Shown: positions 1-6,667 of the stretch, one piece after another | Position numbering within the stretch: position 1 is the first letter of the stretch | Layout: each line of letters starts with the position of its first letter | NCBI GenBank assembly: GCA_964468425.1 | Contig: CAYXSZ010000088.1 | Location: forward strand, 1-7,782 | Source: Candidatus Woesearchaeota archaeon | GTDB taxonomy: Archaea > Nanobdellota > Nanobdellia > Nanobdellales > Nanobdellaceae | Reading direction: 5' to 3' | DNA: 7,782 bases | The notes under the pieces: generated by a model | The model's input: only the letters and a program-made list of their open reading frames with translations | Told to the model about the DNA's origin: nothing | Databases searched by the model: none | Program-made: the position numbers and the translations under genes

Positions 1-324
1 TGGATCTTCTACTCCCCAGACATCATACTTATTATCGGGAATAAGAATTAACCTTCCTATAAATTTTTCAATTTTCGTTAAATCAGAGAAGTCAAACTTT
101 AATTCAGCGATCGCGCTTGCATAGGTGAAGTATCCAAGGGCTACTCGGACAAACAATCGAACCTCGTTGTCCTCGAAAACTAAAGAAGGATTGAATACTG
201 TGATCGGTTTCTTGATAGGATGGTTCTCCAAAATGACATCTTCTGCAACAATCACTTTTATTCTCCTAACGATGTCTCGCGTTTCGTTTGACCTCTGAAG
301 ATCGATCGGACACTGCTGGAACAT
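1..324 (-). CDS. Partial CDS (N-terminal 108 aa, continues past the window start): GH130 / PH1107-related glycosidase (mannoside-phosphorylase-like) family
   Basis: Absent from the supplied track because it runs off the edge. Hand translation of the minus strand from ATG at 324-322: MFQQCPIDLQRSNETRDIVRRIKVIVAEDVILENHPIKKPITVFNPSLVFEDNEVRLFVRVALGYFTYASAIAELKFDFSDLTKIEKFIGRLILIPDNKYDVWGVEDP. It is open to base 1, with an in-frame upstream stop at 367-369. The motifs FNPS, GYFTYxSAI and WGVEDP resemble the N-terminal region of archaeal GH130-type proteins. A TATA-like TTTAATAA (348-355, minus sense) lies about 27 nt upstream. Confidence 0.65.
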   Translation of the reverse strand, partial: MFQQCPIDLQRSNETRDIVRRIKVIVAEDVILENHPIKKPITVFNPSLVFEDNEVRLFVRVALGYFTYASAIAELKFDFSDLTKIEKFIGRLILIPDNKYDVWGVEDP

Positions 325-347
325 TAAGTAGTTCGGTTCGACAACCG

Positions 348-399
348 TTATTAAACTTTGCTCAAACTAGTTGTTTAACATTAGAAAGAAGTTTATAAT
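348..399. promoter_or_regulatory. Divergent promoter region: TATA for the minus gene (348-355) and BRE/TATA AAGTTTATAA (389-398) for the plus operon
   Basis: TTTAATAA in minus sense lies 27 nt from ATG 324. The purine-rich AGAAAGAAG followed by TTTATAA ends 22 nt before ATG 420. No Shine-Dalgarno is present, which is consistent with leaderless transcripts. Confidence 0.5.
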
Positions 400-419
400 C
401 TTTTACAGCAAAAAGTTAT

Positions 420-812
420 ATGATTGTTGTTTACACGCGGAAGTGGAATGTCGTTCGCATTGAAGACGCGATTGTAATCGATATATTCGACTTAGAAAAA
501 GGTTCAGAGTATCAAAACGAGGCTATTAAACACTACAAGGAGCTTGCCGAAGAAGTTAGCAAGGAAAGCGTTTTATTCAGAGATAGGGTTTTTGGTAGGA
601 TAACTCACCACATAGACCTCAGAACGGCGAATTTGTGCTATCAACGAATGGGATACAAGTACTTGTTCGTAGTGGACGTATCTAGCTTTTCGTTTTCGTT
701 TCCCACCAAGGAGCTTGGAGATCAAGGCGCTCTTGAAAAGTTGAAAAGTTCAAAGGAAAAAATCAAGTACGTTAGAATCGACGAAGAGAAGGGGCTTCTC
801 GAGGTAGAATGA
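420..812 (+). CDS. Hypothetical protein, 130 aa, no family recognised; translationally coupled to trmI
   Basis: Track ORF. The K/E/I/V-rich composition matches neighbouring genes. A promoter sits at the correct distance. Its stop overlaps the trmI start (ATGA at 809-812), and GAGGT (801-805) inside its 3' end serves as the SD for trmI. Confidence 0.6.
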   Translation: MIVVYTRKWNVVRIEDAIVIDIFDLEKGSEYQNEAIKHYKELAEEVSKESVLFRDRVFGRITHHIDLRTANLCYQRMGYKYLFVVDVSSFSFSFPTKELGDQGALEKLKSSKEKIKYVRIDEEKGLLEVE

Positions 813-1543
813 TACTAGTTCACCTTCGAACTAGAAAAAAGTTTTATATCGACAATCCAAAAGATTTTTCTACAAATTTTGGAATTATAAAAAAAGAAGA
901 CTTAGAAAAAGCTACTCCGGGATCGATAGTCAGATCTCATTTGGGAGAAGAATTCGTGGTCTTCGAAGACTCGCTTTCTGATATTTTAGACATTGTCAAA
1001 AGAGCTCCTCAAATTACACATCCCAAAGACTTTGGACTTTTAGTTTCATTAACAGGTTTGTCTCCGGGATGGAAAGTAGTTGAAGGGGGTACTGGTTCTG
1101 GTGTTTTAACCTGCTTTCTAGCAAACATAGTTAAACCCGATGGAAAGGTGTATTCGTATGAAAAAAGAAAGGAGTTTCTACACATTGCTCACAAAAATAT
1201 TTCGAAGTTAGGATTGACACAGTATGTTGTGTTGAAAAACAAAGATATTCGTAATGGGATAGACGAAAAAAGCGTCGATCTAATAGTATTAGACATTCCA
1301 GATCCGTGGAACGCTACAGATCACGCTTGGCACTCTCTAAAGCCAGGAGGATTTCTCGCTATATACTTGCCAAACGTTACTTCGATTTTGAAAACATTAA
1401 ATAACATTAAAGGTTTTTACTTAGAAGGTATTTACGAGTGTTTCGTGAGAAGGTGGATATATCGTGAAGAAGTTTTGAGACCAGAAAGTACTCAACTTGT
1501 TCATACAGAGTTTTTAATCCTGCTACGCAAGATGATGCGTTAA
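809..1543 (+). CDS. trmI: tRNA (adenine-N1)-methyltransferase, TrmI/GCD14 family (m1A57/58)
   Basis: 244 aa. It has a small N-terminal beta domain followed by a Rossmann fold with SAM motif I, VVEGGTGSGVLT. It also carries KVYSYEKRKEF, and VLDIPDPW matches the family's D-x-P-x-PW catalytic-site motif. Length is typical of archaeal TrmI. Confidence 0.9.
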   Translation: MILVHLRTRKKFYIDNPKDFSTNFGIIKKEDLEKATPGSIVRSHLGEEFVVFEDSLSDILDIVKRAPQITHPKDFGLLVSLTGLSPGWKVVEGGTGSGVLTCFLANIVKPDGKVYSYEKRKEFLHIAHKNISKLGLTQYVVLKNKDIRNGIDEKSVDLIVLDIPDPWNATDHAWHSLKPGGFLAIYLPNVTSILKTLNNIKGFYLEGIYECFVRRWIYREEVLRPESTQLVHTEFLILLRKMMR

Positions 1544-1669
1544 TTCACCTTTCGCTAGAAAAGAACTCGTCATAACTCGCGTTTTAACAAAAACTATTAA
1601 ACCGTAACTGTATTTCCGAAGAACTATACATTCGAAAGTGTTGTAAAGAGATTTGAGATAAGAACTATT

Positions 1670-2491
1670 ATGGACGATTTGTTATTCGGTCCTGCGGGAG
1701 TTCCTCATTCCTCTGCGAGGAAGGATACTATAAGTGGAATCCTCGCTACGAGGGATTTGGGTTTAGATTGCATGGAGGTAGAGTTCGTGTATGGAGTTAG
1801 GATGAAAGAAAATCTCGCGAGAGAAGCTAGAGAAGTGGCTAGGAACGCTGGAATCGTTTTAACGGCTCACGCTCCATATTACATCAACCTGAACGCAAAA
1901 GATCCAAAAAAGCTCGAAAGATCAATAAAAATGCTTTGCGATACTGTAAAAATCGCGAATTTGCTCGGAGCTTGGTCCGTAGTCTTTCACCCGGGCTGGT
2001 ACATGGGAAAAGGAAAAAAAGAAGCATATAGAACTGTAAAAGAGTCTATTCTAAAAGTTTTAGAATTCATGAGGGAAAGTGGAATTATGCTTTGGCTCCG
2101 TCCAGAAACTATGGAACTTGAAAAAAAGTTTGGAAGCGTAGAAGAAGTCATTCAACTATCTGAAGAACTCGAAAATGTTCTACCTTGCATCGATTTCGCG
2201 CACATACGTTATAGATACCATCAAAAAAGCGAAAGTTTCTTTAGGAGCATCTTAGAAAAAATCGAAGAGAGATTGGGAAAGGAAGCTCTAAAGAATATGC
2301 ATATTCACCTTTCAGGAATAAAACTTGATTCTAGAGGGACTCACATTAACTTAAAGGAGTCGGATATGCCTTGGGAGAGTATTCTTAAAATTCTAAAGGA
2401 ATTTAATGTAAAAGGGGTTGTAATTTCGGAGAGTCCAAATCTGGAGGAGGATGCGATTATGATGAAAGAATATTGGAAAAAGTTAAAGTAA
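1670..2491 (+). CDS. Endonuclease IV-like / AP endonuclease family 2 TIM-barrel protein
   Basis: 273 aa. The N-terminal FGPAGVP is typical of the archaeal Nfo-like subgroup. Ordered metal-ligand-like residues are present: AHAPYYINL, VVFHPG, RPETME, IDFAHI, HIHLSG, VISESP. Confidence 0.8.
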   Translation: MDDLLFGPAGVPHSSARKDTISGILATRDLGLDCMEVEFVYGVRMKENLAREAREVARNAGIVLTAHAPYYINLNAKDPKKLERSIKMLCDTVKIANLLGAWSVVFHPGWYMGKGKKEAYRTVKESILKVLEFMRESGIMLWLRPETMELEKKFGSVEEVIQLSEELENVLPCIDFAHIRYRYHQKSESFFRSILEKIEERLGKEALKNMHIHLSGIKLDSRGTHINLKESDMPWESILKILKEFNVKGVVISESPNLEEDAIMMKEYWKKLK

Positions 2492-3976
2492 CCTTTGAGC
2501 CATTCGAACGAATGCCGGTCTTGTTAAGAAAGCTCCGATGAAAGCTCCGATTATAGTCATTATTGCAAAACCTCTGAGCAATCCAAGTCCTGCGAAGATT
2601 AACGGGGACATCGCAAACAACATTACGAGGAACGAAGACATTACTATGAATAAAACCTTCCAAACTTTTTTATCTACTTTTAGATCCTTCTTCCCTCTTA
2701 GAACTTCCTCAATCGCTATTATCTGATCGTCGACGCCAGTACCTATTGCAATCAAGACTCCAGCGATTGCCGGGAGGTCGAACGTCTGTCCGAGAGCCAC
2801 GCCGAGCGCAACCGTAATTATTATCTCAATAACCATGTTGATTATAATAAGAAGGGCTGGTTTGAACCTTCTATAGGCTAAATAAACTAGAGCGCAAACA
2901 GACAAGAATGCTATCAAACCTGCAGCGAATACGGAAGATAGTATAAATTCTCCTATAGTGGGTGGTATTCTTTCCGTTCTCACTACTTTGAATGTTGTTG
3001 GAAGAGATCCGTAAGAGAGGATGGTTGCAAGGTCTTTCATATTTTTCATTGCATTTTCTATAGCTTGTTGTCTAGTATATCCATAGCCAGGTCCAGAGAC
3101 CATTGCTCTCTCGACAGCTTCTCCCTTAAGACTCGCGGCGATTAGCAACTCATCAACTTTTTTATTGTCTATATACAAAGTCAGAGGCTTGGAGAGGTAC
3201 GCTTCCCCATTCTTTAAAACAACGGAAAGATTTTTAGTCGCGTTTGCGAATCTCCTTGCAGCTTCTGGAGATACATAAACCGTAAAGTAAAATTTACAAG
3301 CCCATTCGCCATTTTTAACTTTCCAACACGACTGTATTCCACCTTCAGGCGCGTAAGTGTGAACAGTCTTGATGTCTTGACCAGTAAACACTGTTACGTT
3401 TCCAATTTTGGCTTCGAACTTACCTTGTTTTTTGATAATGTCGATTAAATTTTCTTCTGAACTTGGAAGGTCTATAATAATGTATCCGTGACCCTCCATA
3501 TCTTGTGAAACTCGAATATCTATAGATTTGAGACCATAAGAGTTCAATCGCTTCTCGATCACGCTTGCGGCGAGTTGGAGTTCCTGAAGCGTTATATTTT
3601 GCGCTGGTTTTAAAATAACCCGAGTTCCTCCTGCGAGATCGATTCCTAGTTTGATTAAACTTTCTTCGGTAACCTTAGTTTTAAATAGAAGATTTGTTTT
3701 GTTTGCCGGAATTACTATAGGTCCGGAACTCGTGAGAATCGTGAGAGTCTCGTTTTTTATACAGCTATAGAAATCGCTTGGTTGAGAAATTTCGCAGGTT
3801 TGTCCGTTAAGATACTTTATAGAATAAATGGTACTCCCGTTCGGAAGAATCGGGCTAGAAATCACTACAACTTTTGCTGAGAGTAGTGCGTAGGCTAGAT
3901 AAACAGCGCTAGCAATTGCAATTACGATGTACGAGAGAACTACCCAATCCTTGAGCAGCTCCTTCAATTCTTTCAT
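2483..3976 (-). CDS. secD: Protein-export membrane protein SecD
   Basis: 497 aa. It has an N-terminal TM helix, an extracytoplasmic domain of about 300 aa containing GIDLAGGTRV (SecD P1-type motif), and five C-terminal TM helices containing IGTGVDDQIIAIEEV (the conserved membrane Asp region of SecD/F). Confidence 0.9.
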   Translation of the reverse strand: MKELKELLKDWVVLSYIVIAIASAVYLAYALLSAKVVVISSPILPNGSTIYSIKYLNGQTCEISQPSDFYSCIKNETLTILTSSGPIVIPANKTNLLFKTKVTEESLIKLGIDLAGGTRVILKPAQNITLQELQLAASVIEKRLNSYGLKSIDIRVSQDMEGHGYIIIDLPSSEENLIDIIKKQGKFEAKIGNVTVFTGQDIKTVHTYAPEGGIQSCWKVKNGEWACKFYFTVYVSPEAARRFANATKNLSVVLKNGEAYLSKPLTLYIDNKKVDELLIAASLKGEAVERAMVSGPGYGYTRQQAIENAMKNMKDLATILSYGSLPTTFKVVRTERIPPTIGEFILSSVFAAGLIAFLSVCALVYLAYRRFKPALLIIINMVIEIIITVALGVALGQTFDLPAIAGVLIAIGTGVDDQIIAIEEVLRGKKDLKVDKKVWKVLFIVMSSFLVMLFAMSPLIFAGLGLLRGFAIMTIIGAFIGAFLTRPAFVRMAQRLL

Positions 3977-4001
3977 TGATCAATTAAAGAAGTAAGTTGC
4001 T

Positions 4002-4583
4002 TTAAGGCTTTCCTTTGGAATACCCAAGGGTCACGCCCATCGCGATTAGGTGAGCAACGCGAACCGGTTCGGGAATTCTCGAATAAACTGCAGTCTTCTG
4101 GATTAGCGCTTTAGCATCCTCATCCGAAATCCCATACTTTTGGTAGTAGGTAGTCCCGTGTCTAGTAACAACTGGCTTAGGCTCCTCTAATTTTTTAACA
4201 AGCTTCCATCTTTCTTCCCCATCACGTAGATTAAGCATAGCTTTGCGAAACTCGCTTAGATCTGGCTTTTTACGAATCACAATTATTATCGGTAGTCCTA
4301 ATTCCTTGTAAACATGTTCGCAATCTATTGTGTTGAATCCGGCAAAGGTTATTCCGTTAAGCATTATTACTCTTAATTGTTTATAGTGGGAAGATCTCTT
4401 AATCATTTTGACCAAATTTTCGGAAACGTCCCAACCATCTACCGTTATTCGAGTAGACAGAACGCCGTCTAGTTGCTTGTAACCTCTCATAATTGCTCCG
4501 ACAAGGATGGTTCTCTTCGACTTCCCCTTCACGAAGTATCCATCATCGACTCCAATAATTCTGATCTCTTCTTTCTCAAACAT
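4002..4583 (-). CDS. DUF99 / UPF0215 family protein (endonuclease V-like fold, function unknown)
   Basis: 193 aa. IIGVDDGYF, TILVGAIMRG, ITVDGWD and IMLNGITFAGFN are characteristic DUF99 blocks. The start shares one base with the mbf1 stop (TAATG), and a GAGGA SD lies at 4587-4591 (minus sense). Confidence 0.85.
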   Translation of the reverse strand: MFEKEEIRIIGVDDGYFVKGKSKRTILVGAIMRGYKQLDGVLSTRITVDGWDVSENLVKMIKRSSHYKQLRVIMLNGITFAGFNTIDCEHVYKELGLPIIIVIRKKPDLSEFRKAMLNLRDGEERWKLVKKLEEPKPVVTRHGTTYYQKYGISDEDAKALIQKTAVYSRIPEPVRVAHLIAMGVTLGYSKGKP

Positions 4584-5020
4584 TAATCCTCGAACTTTAT
4601 AACATCTGCAACCGTTAGCCCGCTTTTTTCGAACTCTCCTTCTTCGAAAAGAACAACCTTTTTAGTTAATTTAATTTTTAGGAGTTTTTCAATCCTCTTT
4701 GCGAGGTCTAAGGTTGGTTTTAGATCTCCCTCTTCAAGTTTTTTATACAAAGATTGCTTTAATCCCAGTCTCTTAGCCATGTCTTCCTGCGTCAATCCAA
4801 GTTTTTCCCTCTGCTCTCTTAGAACCCTTCCGAAGTCCTCTATCACTTCCTCATCCTGAATATCCAAGGCGGCTTTAATCGTCTTTTCCACTTTTCTCTT
4901 TTGCGATTCGCTTACTGCGCTTCCAAAGCGAGAACAGGCTTCGCATACGTTTAAAACAGCTCCGTCGATCATAACCTTTTTAAGCTTATTCGTTTTTCTT
5001 CCACAGATCTCGCAGATCAT
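4583..5020 (-). CDS. mbf1: Archaeal multiprotein bridging factor 1 (MBF1): Zn-ribbon plus XRE-type HTH
   Basis: 145 aa. Four Cys form a zinc ribbon (CEIC...CEAC). An HTH_3 core is present (LREQREKLGLTQEDMAKRLGLKQSLYKKLEEG). The archaeal MBF1 C-terminal motif is approximated by GLTVADVIKF. Confidence 0.9.
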   Translation of the reverse strand: MICEICGRKTNKLKKVMIDGAVLNVCEACSRFGSAVSESQKRKVEKTIKAALDIQDEEVIEDFGRVLREQREKLGLTQEDMAKRLGLKQSLYKKLEEGDLKPTLDLAKRIEKLLKIKLTKKVVLFEEGEFEKSGLTVADVIKFED

Positions 5021-5652
5021 TTTTTAAGAAATTCTAGTATGTCTTCCTTGTGCTCTAGTATCAAGTAAACTCCGAACACTGCTCCAAAGGAAATCGCTGC
5101 GGCGAGAGCGAAGTATCTCAAGATGTCTAAAAATATTTGCGCGTTGATCCCGATGTTTTGTAGCGCCAAAACAAAGAATATATAGATTAAAACACCTTTT
5201 ACTACTGTTTTAATAGTTTCTTTTTCCTTGATCGTCGTGTTTTCGATTACGTTCTTTACAAACTCGGAAACGTAAAGTCCAAAGATAAACAATCCAATTG
5301 ACGCGTATATCGACTTCAATCCAAGAACCACAGCTGGAACCACGTCATACCCGAAGATTGAAATTCCCGTAGCTAAAAAATACATGTAGAACCACCATCT
5401 CGTGAGCGTAACTAAGATGTTCGTGAGGGACTTCCCGTAAAGAGCGTTCTCTAGCTTATATTGTTTTAACAAATCTTCGATTTCGAGAAATTTATCTAGA
5501 ATAACTCTAACAAGCGTTCCAGCAATTCTTCCGACAACGTATCCTACAACAATTATAGCTACAAATACTACGAACTTTACAGCAAAAATAGGGATTTGCG
5601 AAACGAGTCCAAAGAAGGGCTTGGTTATGTATTCGTAAATGTAATCTTCCAT
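5017..5652 (-). CDS. Polytopic membrane protein (about 5 TM helices), possibly a 'conserved TM helix'/MscS-N-terminal-like repeat protein
   Basis: 211 aa. It has several hydrophobic spans, each followed by basic or acidic amphipathic segments (for example IIVVGYVVGRIAGTLVRVILDKF). Its stop overlaps the mbf1 start (ATGA at 5017-5020). A TATA lies about 27 nt upstream. The family call is tentative. Confidence 0.65.
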   Translation of the reverse strand: MEDYIYEYITKPFFGLVSQIPIFAVKFVVFVAIIVVGYVVGRIAGTLVRVILDKFLEIEDLLKQYKLENALYGKSLTNILVTLTRWWFYMYFLATGISIFGYDVVPAVVLGLKSIYASIGLFIFGLYVSEFVKNVIENTTIKEKETIKTVVKGVLIYIFFVLALQNIGINAQIFLDILRYFALAAAISFGAVFGVYLILEHKEDILEFLKK

Positions 5653-5668
5653 GCTAAATAGGAATTCG

Positions 5669-5683
5669 TTTAAAGTTTTAAAC
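5669..5683. promoter_or_regulatory. Back-to-back TATA boxes in the 42-nt divergent spacer
   Basis: TTTAAAG (5669-5675) is about 23 nt before ATG 5695 (+). TTTAAAA (minus sense, 5677-5683) is about 27 nt before ATG 5652 (-). Together they form the near-palindrome GTTTAAAGTTTTAAAC. Confidence 0.45.
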
Positions 5684-5694
5684 CTAAGCTGTTT

Positions 5695-6030
5695 ATGGAA
5701 GTTAGACCTTGGGGAACTTTTGAGGTTTTATGCAAGAATGAGAAGTTTGTTATCAAAAAGCTGGTTGTTTTTCCGGGAAAGCGAACTAGCCTGCAGTATC
5801 ATAATCACAGAGAAGAATACTGGATAATTTTAGATGGCTCTGGAAGAATTGTTAAAGGAGACGAAGTTCTTGGAGTTAAAAAAGGAGATTTCGTAAAAAT
5901 CGAGAAAGGAGAAAAGCATAGAATCGAGAATAACGGGAGTAACGATCTGGTTATCTTGGAAGTCTGGGTTGGGGATGTTTTAGACGAAAACGATATTGTT
6001 AGACTCGAAGACGATTACGGTAGAACTTAA
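5695..6030 (+). CDS. Cupin-domain protein, type II phosphomannose isomerase (ManC C-terminal)-like
   Basis: 111 aa. RPWGTFEVL, SLQYHNHREEYW, GEKHRIEN and ENDIVRLEDDYGR match the PMI-type cupin signature (RPWG, QxHxHRxEhW, HRxxN, DDIVRxxDxYGR). Confidence 0.85.
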   Translation: MEVRPWGTFEVLCKNEKFVIKKLVVFPGKRTSLQYHNHREEYWIILDGSGRIVKGDEVLGVKKGDFVKIEKGEKHRIENNGSNDLVILEVWVGDVLDENDIVRLEDDYGRT

Positions 6031-6045
6031 AAATATTTTATTTTT
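6031..6045 (+). promoter_or_regulatory. A/T box AAATATTTTATTTTT: likely the tRNA promoter TATA and also the oligo-T terminator for the cupin gene
   Basis: It lies immediately after the cupin stop (6028-6030) and is centred about 25 nt upstream of tRNA position 1 (6061). Confidence 0.45.
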
Positions 6046-6060
6046 GATAAGATTAATTGA

Positions 6061-6133
6061 GGGCCCGTAGCTCAGCGGTGAGAGCGCCCGCCTGATAAGC
6101 GGGAGGTCCGGGGTTCGAATCCCCGCGGGCCCA
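6061..6133 (+). tRNA. tRNA-Ile(GAU): tRNA-Ile, anticodon GAU; no encoded CCA
   Basis: Manual cloverleaf. Acceptor stem GGGCCCG/CGGGCCC. D arm GCTC-AGCGGTGA-GAGC. Anticodon stem CCCGC/GCGGG with loop CTGATAA (anticodon GAT). Variable loop AGGTC. T arm CGGGG-TTCGAAT-CCCCG. Discriminator A at 6133, followed by CTA. Confidence 0.95.
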
Positions 6134-6619
6134 CTAAGAGTTCTTTAGAGCTTCGTAAAGCTTTTCATCGGAAAATATTCCCTTCTCCAAAAGAACATTC
6201 TTAGTTACGTTTCCCTTTTCAACGTCCCTGTAATGTACAACAAAATAAGGTAAATTTGTATCGATCTCTTTTTCAATCATGCAAATTTTGTCAAAATAAA
6301 CTACAGAAATGTTGTTTACCTTTACTACATTGCTCTGTAGGCAATAATCTGTCCCTTCGAACCTGACGCACAGCAGGAACTTCCTGTCATAAAAGACCCC
6401 ATTAAAAATCGAGGTTAGATTATCCACGGCGTCCTGAACGTAAGCGGGAGCTAGCTTGCAAGATGTTGGGTGAAAAGCGAAGCTTTTACTGTGTTTCGGG
6501 AGGACTGCATTTGCCTTGGTAGAGCTAATAAAGGATGCTCGCTTGCTTGAACAAAAGAAGTAAATTCCAAGCGCAAGTATGCAGAAAACTAAGAATACTA
6601 TAAGATCTCGCCTCCTCAT
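6134..6619 (-). CDS. Hypothetical secreted or membrane-anchored protein, 161 aa, no family recognised
   Basis: Track ORF. The N-terminus MRRRDLIVFLVFCILALGIYFFC is a classic signal/anchor (basic n-region plus hydrophobic core). It has 4 Cys and 3 N-x-S/T sequons downstream of the anchor. A TATA lies about 26-29 nt upstream of the ATG. Confidence 0.55.
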   Translation of the reverse strand: MRRRDLIVFLVFCILALGIYFFCSSKRASFISSTKANAVLPKHSKSFAFHPTSCKLAPAYVQDAVDNLTSIFNGVFYDRKFLLCVRFEGTDYCLQSNVVKVNNISVVYFDKICMIEKEIDTNLPYFVVHYRDVEKGNVTKNVLLEKGIFSDEKLYEALKNS

Positions 6620-6632
6620 TGTAACGAGCTTA

Positions 6633-6656
6633 GTTAAAAAGTTTATAACACTTCCT
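6633..6656. promoter_or_regulatory. Shared bidirectional BRE/TATA (AAAAAGTTTATAA core 6636-6648)
   Basis: TTTATAA (6642-6648) is flanked by purine-rich BRE-like tracts in both orientations: AAAAAG on the plus strand and AGGAAGTG on the minus strand. It lies 28-29 nt from ATG 6619 (-) and 28 nt from the C box at 6670 (+). The same 12-mer, AAAAAGTTTATA, recurs at 7366-7377. Confidence 0.5.
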
Positions 6657-6667
6657 GATTAATTTAA

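Noticed and set aside
334-347. Hairpin CGGTT-CGAC-AACCG between the TATA and the start of the GH130-like gene
   Set aside because: The stem is only 5 bp and does not extend. This is expected by chance, so no regulatory inference is justified.
687-702. Tandem TTTTCG TTTTCG TTTC microrepeat as a slippage or phase-variation site
   Set aside because: There are only two full units. It encodes SFSFSF in frame within the orphan ORF, and I see no evidence of variation.
1529-1540. C-box-like AAGATGATGC at the end of trmI
   Set aside because: The box is imperfect (UGAUGC). No CUGA D or D' box occurs at the required spacing of 12 nt, or about 50 nt, downstream. It also lies within coding sequence.
2459-2465. 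Perfect ATGATGA heptamer inside the Nfo-like gene
   Set aside because: It encodes Met-Met-Lys in frame. The nearest CTGA is about 108 nt downstream, so there is no C/D architecture.
2457-2663. 68-aa minus-strand track ORF
   Set aside because: It lies entirely inside the SecD coding region in another frame. Its composition is atypical and it has no promoter or SD, so it is a shadow ORF.
2538-2726. 62-aa plus-strand track ORF
   Set aside because: It is antisense to the well-supported SecD C-terminal TM region, and its hydrophobic or odd composition simply mirrors the SecD codons, so it is a shadow ORF.
6061-6619. Integrated mobile element at the tRNA-Ile 3' end
   Set aside because: No integrase is present, no direct repeat of the tRNA 3' segment occurs anywhere in the window, and only one orphan gene is involved. 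The evidence is insufficient.
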